From positions 212,573 through 276,572 of the forward strand of contig CAVSMH010000010.1 in assembly GCA_963728965.1 (NCBI GenBank): 64,000 nt of DNA. Direction: 5' to 3'. The notes under the pieces were generated by a model. It searched no databases and was not told the origin of the DNA. It was given only the letters and a program-made list of their open reading frames with translations. The first letter of the stretch is position 1; every line of letters starts with the position of its first letter. Source of the DNA: Bryobacterales bacterium. Its GTDB lineage: Bacteria; Acidobacteriota; Terriglobia; Bryobacterales; Bryobacteraceae. Shown here one piece after another: positions 56,287 to 64,000 of the stretch. The position numbers and the translations under genes are program-made.

Positions 56287-59200
56287 AGTATCGGCTCGTC
56301 GGGTCTCGCGGATTCAATGAGGGCGAGGCGATCGATGCGCCCCGCTGCAGTATGGCGTAGATCGAGGGCAAAATCGTCAGCGTGGCGAACGTCGCCACGA
56401 TCAGCCCGCCGATGACCGCCCGGCCCAGCGGCGCGGCCTGCGAGCCGCCCTCGCCGAATCCGATGGCCATCGGCACCATGCCGAACGTCATCGCCGCCGC
56501 CGTCATCAGAATCGCCCGCAGCCTTCCCGATGCGCCCTGCCGCACGGCGTCCAGCACCCCCACGCCCTCGTGCCGCGCCCGTTCGGCAAACGTCACCAGC
56601 AAAATCGAATTCGCCACCGCGATGCCGATGGCCATGATCGCTCCCATGAACGACTGCACGTTCAGCGTGGTGCCCGTGGCCAGCAGCATCAGCAGCACGC
56701 CGCACAGCACCGCGGGAATGGTCAGTACGATAGCCAGCGCCAGCCGCACCGACTGGAAGTTGGCCGACAGCAGCAGCAGAATCACCGCCACCGCCAACAG
56801 CAGCCCGATGCGCAATCCCCCGAGCGTCTGCTCGAGCGGCGGGATTTCGCCCCGCAGGCGCACGGTCACCCCCCGCGGCGGCGTGCCGGCCGCGGCGATG
56901 GCCCGATTGAGCCTCCCCGCCGCCTCCCCCAGCGTCACTCCGTGAATGTTGGCGGTGAGGCTCACCACGTGCTGCCCGTTGTAGCGTTCGATCAATCCCG
57001 GCATCGTGCCCAGTTTCAACCCCGCCACATCCATGAGCTGCGGCTCGGACCGGCCGCCGCGCATCACCGGCAGTCCGGCCACCTCCTCCACGCTTTGCAT
57101 GCGGTTCTGCGGAATCTCCACCTGGATCTGGAACGCATTGCCGGAGTTCGGATCGCGCCAGTAGTTGGGGTCGGTGAACCGCGAACTGGACGTGGCCGGA
57201 ACCACCGAGTGAACCACGTCGGCCATGGTCAACCCGAACTGTCCCGCGCGCTCGCGGTCCACCGTGATGTCGAGTGTCGGGAAACGGCCCTCCTGCGCGA
57301 ATTGCAGGTCGCGCAGGAAACCCAGCTTCGCAAGCTGCGTCCGCACCCTTTCCCCGAACGCGTAGTCGTCCGCCAGGCTCACCCCCTGCACCGCCACTTC
57401 GACCGGCGTAGGAGCCCCGAAGCTCATCACCTGCGATACGATGTCGCCGGCCTCGAACGAAATCTGCGCGTCCGGCAATTCGCGCACGAACGATGCCCGC
57501 AGCCGCTCGCGCAGCGCCTCTCCGCGCGGCGCGTCCGGCTTCAGCCCCACCTGGATAATGGCCTCCTGCGGCCCGCTGGTGAACAGGTGGATCAGGTCCA
57601 CCGGGTAGCTGGAGGGCACCACGCCCACGAAGTCGCTGGTGATGGTCACGTTCTCCGGCCCCGCCGCGCGCCGAATCACGTCCAGCGCGCGCAGCACGAT
57701 CCGCTCGGTCTCTTCGATGCGTGTGCCCGCTGCGGCGCGCAGCCGGATCCGAAACAGCGGCGCGTTGGCCTCCGGAAACAGTTCCGTTCCCATGCGCGGC
57801 ACCAGCAGGTACAGCAGCCCCAGCGAGGTGACCAGGTAGAGCGGCGCCAACACCCACCGCAAACGCAACACCCCGCCCAGGTACGAAGTATAGAATCCGC
57901 GCAGCCGTCCCCACAGCCCCTCGCGTTCCTCGCCGCGGTGCGCCTCGCGCATGATCCACGTCGAAAACACCGGCACCAGGCTGCTCGACAGCAGGTACGA
58001 CGCGATCATCGAAAACGCCACCGCCAGCGATAGCGGCACGAAAAGCTGCCGGCCCACGCCGATCATGAAAAACGATGGCACGAACACCGCCAGGATGCAG
58101 AACATCGAGAGCAGCCGCGCCACCGCCGTGCGGCTGCACGCCTCCACCACCGCCCTCGCCCGCGACACGCCCGGCAGCATCTGCGTGTGGATGTTCTCGA
58201 TTTCAACCGTAGCCTCGTCCACCAGCACGCCCACCGCCAGCGCCAGCCCGCCCAGCGTCATGATGTTGATGGTCTGCCCGGTGAGCCACAACAGGATCAG
58301 CGCGCTGAGCAGCGCGAACGGAATGTTCAACACCACAATCAAGGCGCTGCGCCAGTCGCGCAGGAAGATCAGCACCATCAGGCCGGTGAGCGCGGCGCCC
58401 AGCAGCCCCTCCACGATCAGCCCGCGAATGGAGTTGCTGACATATGGCGATTGGTCGAACTCCAGCCGCACGTCCACGTCATCCGGCACGGCCTTCCGGA
58501 AATCCGGCAGCGCCGCTTTCACCGCGTTGATCACTGCCAGCGTCGAGGCGTCCGACCGCTTGGTGACCGGGATGTACACGGTCCGTTTGCCGTTCACATG
58601 CGCGTAGGCCGTGACGATATCGTTCCCGTTCTCGATGGTGCCGATGTCGCGCAGGAATACCGTGGTCCCCGAAACCGGACGAATCGGCGTGCTCAGCAAT
58701 TCCGCCAGGTTGCCGCCCAGCGCCGCGTTGGTTCTCGCGATGCGCTCTACCTTTCCCGTAAACATGTTGCCGCTGGGCATCACCAGGGTGGCGTGATTCA
58801 CCGCCGCAATCGCCTCTTCCGGAGAGATGCGATACTGCTGGAGCTTGTCCGGATCGAGTGTAATTACGATGGTCCTCTGGTTGCCGCCGAAGGGCGGCGG
58901 CGCCGATACGCCCGGCAGCGTGGCAAACAGCGGACGCACCCGGTTGATGGCGAAGTCCTGCATCTCCCCCTGCGTGCGATTGGCGCTGCTGAACACCAGC
59001 AGGCCCACCGCAATGCTGCCGGCGTCGAACCGCGTGATGAACGGCGGCACCGTCCCCGGAGGCATGAACGAGCGCGCCCGATTGACGTAGCCCACCGTCT
59101 CCGACATCGCCTGGCTCATGTTGGTGTTCTCGTGAAACACCAGCTTCATCAGCGTGGCCCCCTGGATGCTCTTGCTCTCCACGTGGTCGATGCCGGTGAT

Positions 59201-59419
59201 GTAGAGGAAGTGATACTCGTAGTAATACGTCATGTACCCTTCCATCTGCGCGGGATCCATTCCGCCGTAGGGTTGGGCGACGTAGATCGCCGGATCGCCG
59301 ACCTGCGGGAAAATATCGGCCGGCATACGTTCCAGCGCCAGCAGCGCGCCGAGCGCAATGGCGATCAGCGCCACCACCACGGTCAGCGGCCGGCTGAGTG
59401 CGGCCAGGACAAGTCTCAT
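56273..59419 (-). CDS. RND-family efflux transporter permease (AcrB/HAE-type)
   Basis: 1048 aa. MRLVLAALSRPLTVVVALIAIALGALLALERMPADIFPQV... with 12-TM / two-porter-domain architecture. Internal duplication is evident. Confidence 0.9.
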   Translation of the reverse strand: MRLVLAALSRPLTVVVALIAIALGALLALERMPADIFPQVGDPAIYVAQPYGGMDPAQMEGYMTYYYEYHFLYITGIDHVESKSIQGATLMKLVFHENTNMSQAMSETVGYVNRARSFMPPGTVPPFITRFDAGSIAVGLLVFSSANRTQGEMQDFAINRVRPLFATLPGVSAPPPFGGNQRTIVITLDPDKLQQYRISPEEAIAAVNHATLVMPSGNMFTGKVERIARTNAALGGNLAELLSTPIRPVSGTTVFLRDIGTIENGNDIVTAYAHVNGKRTVYIPVTKRSDASTLAVINAVKAALPDFRKAVPDDVDVRLEFDQSPYVSNSIRGLIVEGLLGAALTGLMVLIFLRDWRSALIVVLNIPFALLSALILLWLTGQTINIMTLGGLALAVGVLVDEATVEIENIHTQMLPGVSRARAVVEACSRTAVARLLSMFCILAVFVPSFFMIGVGRQLFVPLSLAVAFSMIASYLLSSSLVPVFSTWIMREAHRGEEREGLWGRLRGFYTSYLGGVLRLRWVLAPLYLVTSLGLLYLLVPRMGTELFPEANAPLFRIRLRAAAGTRIEETERIVLRALDVIRRAAGPENVTITSDFVGVVPSSYPVDLIHLFTSGPQEAIIQVGLKPDAPRGEALRERLRASFVRELPDAQISFEAGDIVSQVMSFGAPTPVEVAVQGVSLADDYAFGERVRTQLAKLGFLRDLQFAQEGRFPTLDITVDRERAGQFGLTMADVVHSVVPATSSSRFTDPNYWRDPNSGNAFQIQVEIPQNRMQSVEEVAGLPVMRGGRSEPQLMDVAGLKLGTMPGLIERYNGQHVVSLTANIHGVTLGEAAGRLNRAIAAAGTPPRGVTVRLRGEIPPLEQTLGGLRIGLLLAVAVILLLLSANFQSVRLALAIVLTIPAVLCGVLLMLLATGTTLNVQSFMGAIMAIGIAVANSILLVTFAERARHEGVGVLDAVRQGASGRLRAILMTAAAMTFGMVPMAIGFGEGGSQAAPLGRAVIGGLIVATFATLTILPSIYAILQRGASIASPSLNPRDPTSRYYDAN

Positions 59420-59457
59420 GGAGTTATCTGAGCGGAGCCAGTATAGCGCAGCAACGG

Positions 59458-59637
59458 TCAGTCCAGCGGCCGTTTCAGAAAGAGCGTGAACTGATCGTAT
59501 CCCTGGTTGTTGTCATCCACGAACTGCTGCACGCTCGCCGAAACCAGTTCCCAGCCGTCCTGCCCCATCTCCTCCAGCTTCTGCTGGATGGCGTCCAGCT
59601 CTTCATCCGACCGGTAGATCGAGTAGGCCCATCGCAT
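59458..59637 (-). CDS. Small DUF4177-like protein
   Basis: MRWAYSIY...QQKLEEMGQDGWELVSAS...FTLFLKRPLD resembles the DUF4177 pattern. The longer ORF-track start (59715) lies inside the upstream terminator, so ATG 59637 is used. Confidence 0.55.
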   Translation of the reverse strand: MRWAYSIYRSDEELDAIQQKLEEMGQDGWELVSASVQQFVDDNNQGYDQFTLFLKRPLD

Positions 59638-59713
59638 TCTGCCATGATCCCAAAAAAATCGGTCGGCGGATCGCGGCCTCTCCCCCGGCCGCAAGAACCA
59701 TCGCTGCCGGCTC

Positions 59714-59745
59714 AAAAAAAATCCCGGAGCACGATGTGCCCCGGG
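59714..59745 (-). terminator. Strong Rho-independent terminator of the ECF operon
   Basis: Minus-strand sequence CCCGGGGCAC-AUC-GUGCUCCGGG (10 bp including one G.U), then A + U8. Plus-strand coordinates: stem 59723-59745, A8 tract 59714-59721. 28 nt after the stop at 59773. Confidence 0.75.
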
Positions 59746-59772
59746 TGGGAAGAAACGATTCTCGCGGCGGAC

Positions 59773-60711
59773 TTATTTGCGATCCTGCAACTGGTAGCCG
59801 GCCGGCACCTGGAACAGGTCGGCGGGCTGCTCACCCCGAATCACGTTCGTCATTCGAAACACCTCTTCGCCGGTGCGTGGATCGTTGCGGCGGTTCATCA
59901 TCAGGGTCTGCAGATCGGGCGAATACCAGCGCTCGCTGGTGATTTCGATGGGCCGGTCGTTGCCGATCGCCCCCGTCTCGATCTTCGTCACCGACTTGGT
60001 GCCGTCGCAGTTCACTCCTTCGATGATCCGCGTGCCCAGCGATTCCGTTTGTGCCGGTGCTCCCCTCTTCATCACCATGTACCGGAAGTTCTCGCCCGGA
60101 CCCACATGGGCGATCGTGCCCGGCATGTCCGCGCCGAGCTTCACCTCCGCCATCCGCTTCAGTTCCGCCGGATCCACCGGTTCTCCGTTCGCCGTCGCCG
60201 TCGTGATACCGTCCCGCACCCGCATTTCGAACGTCTGGGTGCTCCCGGCGGTGCTGCCAACCACGCTCCCGGCCATCGGCCCAACCGCCGACCCGCCGAT
60301 CGCTTTTCCCTGGGCGATAAACACGGTCTTCATCATCGCCTTCCGCGCGGATTGCGTCTTCGGATCGAGAAAGTAACTTGTATTGCCCACCGGATCCCAG
60401 ATCGTCACCTGGTCGGGAGACTCGCGGCGCACCCGCCCCTCGCTGTCCCGGAATACCTTGGTCTGCTGCTCGTTATGAATGCGTGTGCCGTCCGCCAGCA
60501 CCTGCGTCGATTCGGCAACCTCGACGGCGGAATAGGGCGCGCCCTTCACGGTGGACCCCATGGCGCCCCCATCGAGCGCCACCATCCGCGCCTCCGACAC
60601 CATCTTCTCCAGGTCCGCCTTCATCTTCCACTGGAGCCCCGGTTCCTGCTGTGCCGTCGCCACCAGCGCCACCAGCGGTATCATCGCCAGAATTGCCCAG
60701 CATCGTCTCAT
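59773..60711 (-). CDS. Secreted protein of unknown function, third gene of the ECF sigma/anti-sigma operon
   Basis: Signal peptide MRRCWAILAMIPLVALVATAQQ. Gly/Ser-rich central linker. C-terminal ...ERWYSPDLQTLMMNRRNDPRTGEEVFRMTNVIRGEQPADLFQVPAGYQL. Confidence 0.65.
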   Translation of the reverse strand: MRRCWAILAMIPLVALVATAQQEPGLQWKMKADLEKMVSEARMVALDGGAMGSTVKGAPYSAVEVAESTQVLADGTRIHNEQQTKVFRDSEGRVRRESPDQVTIWDPVGNTSYFLDPKTQSARKAMMKTVFIAQGKAIGGSAVGPMAGSVVGSTAGSTQTFEMRVRDGITTATANGEPVDPAELKRMAEVKLGADMPGTIAHVGPGENFRYMVMKRGAPAQTESLGTRIIEGVNCDGTKSVTKIETGAIGNDRPIEITSERWYSPDLQTLMMNRRNDPRTGEEVFRMTNVIRGEQPADLFQVPAGYQLQDRK

Positions 60712-60732
60712 GCTCTGTTCTCCTCTCTCCCG

Positions 60733-61335
60733 CTATTTGAAACTCACCAGCCGGATCGCCCGCGGCCGGCCGTCCGACCCGAAAATCACATCCGCCGGCA
60801 CCTGTTGCGGCCCCAGCGCCACCCGCACCACAACGCCGGTTTCGAACGGCTCATCATCCAGCCGCACGAAACCGTCATTGGCGCCCGCCGGCCGCGCCGG
60901 CGCCATGGCCCGCCGCACCGGCCGCCGGACCGGCTGCAACACCTCGCTCCCGGCCGGATCCACCACCGGCGCCCGCACCGCTGGTTCGCGACGTTGCGGC
61001 ATCTCCGCCGCCGTTGCCGTCCGCGGCCCATCCGGTGCCGCCGGCGGCGGTCCCCCGTGTTTCGGTATCAGCAGTGCCGCCATCGCCAGTCCCGCTGCCA
61101 GCGCCAGGGCCGCTGCCACCCACCGCCGCGTGCGCGCTGGCCGCTTCGCCGCCATCACCGGTTCCAGGCCCCCGATCCGCTGCCATACGAACGCCGCCCG
61201 CGCTTCCAGTTCCCCGGTTACCCGGGCACATTCATGGCACTCCGCCAGGTGCAGCGCCACCTGTTGCTGGGTCTCCGGCTCCAGTTCGCGGTCCAGATAC
61301 GCCCGCAATTCGCCTTCCGACCAACATTCCGTCAT
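60733..61335 (-). CDS. Anti-sigma factor (zf-HC2 type), single-pass membrane protein
   Basis: ...LRAYLDRELEPETQQQVALHLAECHECA... (HxxxCxxC). TM helix WVAAALALAAGLAMAALLI. 4-nt overlap with the sigma gene. Confidence 0.8.
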   Translation of the reverse strand: MTECWSEGELRAYLDRELEPETQQQVALHLAECHECARVTGELEARAAFVWQRIGGLEPVMAAKRPARTRRWVAAALALAAGLAMAALLIPKHGGPPPAAPDGPRTATAAEMPQRREPAVRAPVVDPAGSEVLQPVRRPVRRAMAPARPAGANDGFVRLDDEPFETGVVVRVALGPQQVPADVIFGSDGRPRAIRLVSFK

Positions 61336-61838
61336 AGCTCGTCTCCGTACCGGGCACGGAACCTGCGCTCGAATTCCGCTTCGGCCCGCGCCAGCAGCGT
61401 GCCCACCGAACCCGGCTGGATTCCCAGCGTTTCCGCCAGTTCACGGTACGCCAGCCCATCCGCCCGCAGCAGCAGCAGTTGCGCGTCTCGCGGTTTGAGC
61501 GCGCTCAGCACGGTCTGCACGCGCGCCCGCCGCTCCTCCCGCAGTACCTCCTGGAGCGCATCCGGCTGACCGCCGGTCCGCAACTGCTCGGCCCCCGCCT
61601 CCTCTTCCCGCCGCCGCCGCCTGCTGCTCGACCGTAGCGCGTCCAGCCCCGCATTCGTCGCCACCCGGTAGATCCACGGCGTCACGTCGTCGCGCTCGCG
61701 CAGTACGTCCGGCTGCCGCGAGAGTTTCGAAAATACGTCCGCCGCAATCTCCTCCGCCTGCCCCCGGTCCCCCGTCAACCGCGCCAGCAGGCTCGTGATG
61801 CGCGGGTAATGCTCGCGAAAAATGGCATCGAACGACAT
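61332..61838 (-). CDS. ECF-type RNA polymerase sigma factor
   Basis: MSFDAIFREHYPRITSLLARLTGDRGQAEEIAADVFSKL (region 2). ...LLLLRADGLAYRELAETLGIQPGSVGTLLARAEAEF (region 4 HTH). The ORF-track GTG 61925 is an alternative start. Confidence 0.8.
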   Translation of the reverse strand: MSFDAIFREHYPRITSLLARLTGDRGQAEEIAADVFSKLSRQPDVLRERDDVTPWIYRVATNAGLDALRSSSRRRRREEEAGAEQLRTGGQPDALQEVLREERRARVQTVLSALKPRDAQLLLLRADGLAYRELAETLGIQPGSVGTLLARAEAEFERRFRARYGDEL

Positions 61839-61969
61839 TCCGGCGGCGCGGCCACGGGCGCCGGCGCTGGCCGGCGTCAGCGCGAATTCCTCAGCGGGCT
61901 GCACACTCTTTATTACGATCTTCACTGCGGTTCTGTGACGGGAATTTGTCGGACAGCTACCATATAACC

Positions 61970-62713
61970 ATGATTTCCTGCCGCCAATTGACGCGCCGCT
62001 TTGGCGACTTCACCGCCGTCGACGGGCTCACCTTCGATGTCGCCCTCGGCGGCATCTGCGCCTTTCTGGGACCCAACGGCGCCGGCAAATCCACCACCGT
62101 CAAGATGCTCACCGGCTTGCTGCCTCCCACCGCCGGCGAGGTCGAGGTCTGCGGCCTCGACGTCAGGAAGAATCCCCTCGAGGTCAAACGCCGCATCGGC
62201 GTCCTGCCCGAAGACCTCGGCCTGTTTGACGACCTGACCGTCGAAGAGCACCTCCACCTCACCGGCTCCGTCTACGGCGTCGACCGCCACGAAACCCGCC
62301 GCCGCACCGACCAGTTGCTGCACGCCCTCAGCCTCGAGCACGGCCGCCGCACCTTCTCCGCCTCCTGCTCCCACGGCATGCGCAAGAAGACCGCCTTCGC
62401 CATGGCCCTGCTGCCCAACCCCCGCGTGCTGTTCCTCGATGAGCCCTTCGAAGCCATCGACCCGGTCACCTCCAAAATCATGCGCGAGCTGCTCCAGTCC
62501 GTGGCGCGGCGCGGCGTCACCGTATTTCTCACTTCCCACATCCTTTCCGTCGTGGAGCGTATTGCCACCCAGTTCATTCTGATCCGCAAAGGCAAAATCG
62601 TCTGGGATTCGCCCGCCGCCGGCCTCCCCCAGTCGCTCGAAGACCACTATTTCGATCTCGTCGAAGCGCCCGTCGTGGAGGAACTGGAATGGCTCGGGTC
62701 GTCGCCATCCTGA
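61970..62713 (+). CDS. ABC transporter ATP-binding protein
   Basis: Walker A GPNGAGKSTT. Signature-like CSHGMRKK. Walker B VLFLDEPFEAID. H-loop LTSHIL. Confidence 0.85.
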   Translation: MISCRQLTRRFGDFTAVDGLTFDVALGGICAFLGPNGAGKSTTVKMLTGLLPPTAGEVEVCGLDVRKNPLEVKRRIGVLPEDLGLFDDLTVEEHLHLTGSVYGVDRHETRRRTDQLLHALSLEHGRRTFSASCSHGMRKKTAFAMALLPNPRVLFLDEPFEAIDPVTSKIMRELLQSVARRGVTVFLTSHILSVVERIATQFILIRKGKIVWDSPAAGLPQSLEDHYFDLVEAPVVEELEWLGSSPS

Positions 62714-63702
62714 AGGCTCTCGCGGTGGCGTTCCGCCGCGACCAGAAGTCGCTCGAATCGATCGCCGGCAACAACTTCTTCCTGGTTAGCGCCCTGCTCC
62801 TGCAACGGGCCGGTGGCTTCATCTACCTGATCGTCGGCGTCGTGCTGCTGTTCCCCGCCAGCACCGACCCGCTGCGCAAAATCCCCGCCTCCCGCCTCGC
62901 CTTGTGGCCGCTCCAGCGCCGCGAGCGGTTCCTGCTGCGCGCCATCAGCCCTTGGGCCAACCCGGTTTCCTGGCTCATCGCCGGGCTGGCCGTGTGGGCC
63001 GCGCGCGGCAAGCTGACCTTCGGGCTTTGGGGCTTGATCGCGGGGCTGTTCGCCGCCGGATTCCTGCTCTCGGACCTGCCCGGCATCTCCACTCAGTCCT
63101 TGTGGCGCCGAATCCCGCCGTTCCCCGGCCGCCTCAACCAGCTCATTCGCAAAAACGTGCGCGAGATGCTCTCCACGCTCGATTTCTACTGCGCCCTCAT
63201 CCTCTGCCTCTTCACGGTGGGCTTCCGCATCGCCGGCCTGTTGCCCTCCGAGGCGCGCATGATCATCAGCATTCTCGTGGTCCTGGCCCTTTCCAGCTAC
63301 GCCCAGTCGCTTTTCGGACTCGATGGCCCCGGCGGAATCGCCCGCTATCGCCTGCTGCCGCTCCCGGGCTGGCAGATCCTGGCCGCCAAGGATGCGGCAT
63401 TTCTGCTGATCGCCATTCCCCTGGTGCTGCCCCTGGCGCCCGCCGCGGGCTCTGGCGCAACCCTCATCGCGCTCGCCATGGGCCACTCGCCCACCGTGGA
63501 CCAGCCCCGCGAGCAGACCCGCTGGCGTTTCTCCATGGGCGCCTCGCTGGTCTTCGGCATCCTGCAGGCCATCCTCATGGCCTCGGCCGCTTCCGCCATC
63601 GTTTTCCAGAGCCGTCTGGTGTTGGTGCCGTGCATCGGCGCATGGGCCGGCTCCCTCTGGTATTATGGACGGCGCCTCGAGGAGCGCTTCGCCGAAAACT
63701 GA
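62689..63702 (+). CDS. Polytopic membrane protein, putative permease partner of the ABC ATPase
   Basis: 337 aa with about 8-9 hydrophobic helices. The start overlaps the ATPase gene by 25 nt. No recognised family motif. Confidence 0.6.
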   Translation: MARVVAILKALAVAFRRDQKSLESIAGNNFFLVSALLLQRAGGFIYLIVGVVLLFPASTDPLRKIPASRLALWPLQRRERFLLRAISPWANPVSWLIAGLAVWAARGKLTFGLWGLIAGLFAAGFLLSDLPGISTQSLWRRIPPFPGRLNQLIRKNVREMLSTLDFYCALILCLFTVGFRIAGLLPSEARMIISILVVLALSSYAQSLFGLDGPGGIARYRLLPLPGWQILAAKDAAFLLIAIPLVLPLAPAAGSGATLIALAMGHSPTVDQPREQTRWRFSMGASLVFGILQAILMASAASAIVFQSRLVLVPCIGAWAGSLWYYGRRLEERFAEN

Positions 63703-63720
63703 CCCTCGGCCCCGCCGGCC

Positions 63721-64000
63721 TTACAGCGTCGCCTCCACCGCGGCCGACCGCCCGCTCTCGTTGCCGTTCTGGTCTACCGCCGTCACTTCGTACCGGTACG
63801 TCTTTCCATGCTCCACTTTCTGATCCGACCAGGCCGGAATCGCGGAAAGCTCCGCTACCTTCTCGAAAGCGCCGCCGCCTGCCGAGCGGTACACGCGGTA
63901 GCCCGCCAGGTCCGGTTCGCGGTTGCGGTCCCACGTCAGCTCCATCGAAGCCGGCGCGGGCGACGCCCGCAAGCCGGTGGGAACCGCCGGCGCGAATTCG
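63721..64000 (-). CDS. Fibronectin type III domain-containing protein (C-terminal part; gene continues beyond window)
   Basis: ...SMELTWDRNREPDLAGYRVYRSAGGGAFEKVAELSAIPAWSDQKVEHGKTYRYEVTAVDQNGNESGRS... is a classic FN3 pattern. The frame is open to nt 64000. Confidence 0.7.
   Translation of the reverse strand, partial: EFAPAVPTGLRASPAPASMELTWDRNREPDLAGYRVYRSAGGGAFEKVAELSAIPAWSDQKVEHGKTYRYEVTAVDQNGNESGRSAAVEATL

Noticed and set aside
59398-61569. 723-aa plus-strand ORF across the ECF operon
   Set aside because: It is antisense to the sigma, anti-sigma and secreted-protein genes. The translation is extremely Arg/Pro/His-rich. It also runs through a strong minus-strand terminator, which fits the minus-strand genes and not this ORF.

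Overview
This is a gene-dense, high-GC chromosomal segment (about two-thirds G+C by eye, not computed) with about 50 protein-coding genes. I found no rRNA, tRNA, CRISPR array, transposase or integrase. All calls come from reading the six-frame translations and the DNA; no database search was run. The family content suggests Acidobacteriota (Solibacter/Bryobacter-like), by inference only: CarboxypepD_reg-type TonB receptors, a BlaR1-like protein with a TIGR03435-type C-terminal domain, an ADOP-type duplicated FtsX permease, and several Tat-signal Gfo/Idh/MocA and xylose-isomerase-fold proteins.

Main blocks:
- 1-9.2 kb: operon of TonB receptor, serine hydrolase, GH9-like protein and M28-like protein.
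- 9.3-14.5 kb: second TonB receptor and a heptahaem cytochrome c fused to TPR repeats.
- 14.6-23.5 kb: cydAB flanked by Tat-exported TIM-barrel and Gfo/Idh/MocA enzymes, plus a BlaI/BlaR1-like pair and a GntR regulator.
- 23.5-29.8 kb: ECF42-like sigma factor divergent from DGPF(YciI), Zn-ribbon Ser/Thr kinase, L,D-transpeptidase and M23 peptidase.
- 29.8-35.2 kb: aa3-type cytochrome oxidase operon with two subunit-III genes and a coupled small CxxC membrane protein.
- 36.9-45.4 kb: translationally coupled FHA, PP2C, kinase, SEDS::class-B-PBP fusion and FhaA-like operon.
- 45.4-51.8 kb: HAD hydrolase, MFS transporter, uvrB and ADOP permease.
- 51.9-59.6 kb: RND pump, adaptor, tryptophanase/tyrosine-phenol-lyase, FmdE-like and ThiE string, plus an OMP.
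- 59.7-64 kb: ECF sigma/anti-sigma/secreted-protein operon, an ABC pair and a partial FN3 protein.

Most interesting observations:
- The fused SEDS-PBP sits inside an actinobacterial-style phospho-signalling cluster, with a non-RD kinase and a beta-helix ectodomain on the phosphatase.
- A perfect 11+11 bp palindrome places the start codon of the lyase gene in its loop.
- An orphan GGA-rich segment ends in an intrinsic terminator in a divergent intergenic region.
- A -10 box recurs directly upstream of start codons, suggesting leaderless mRNAs.
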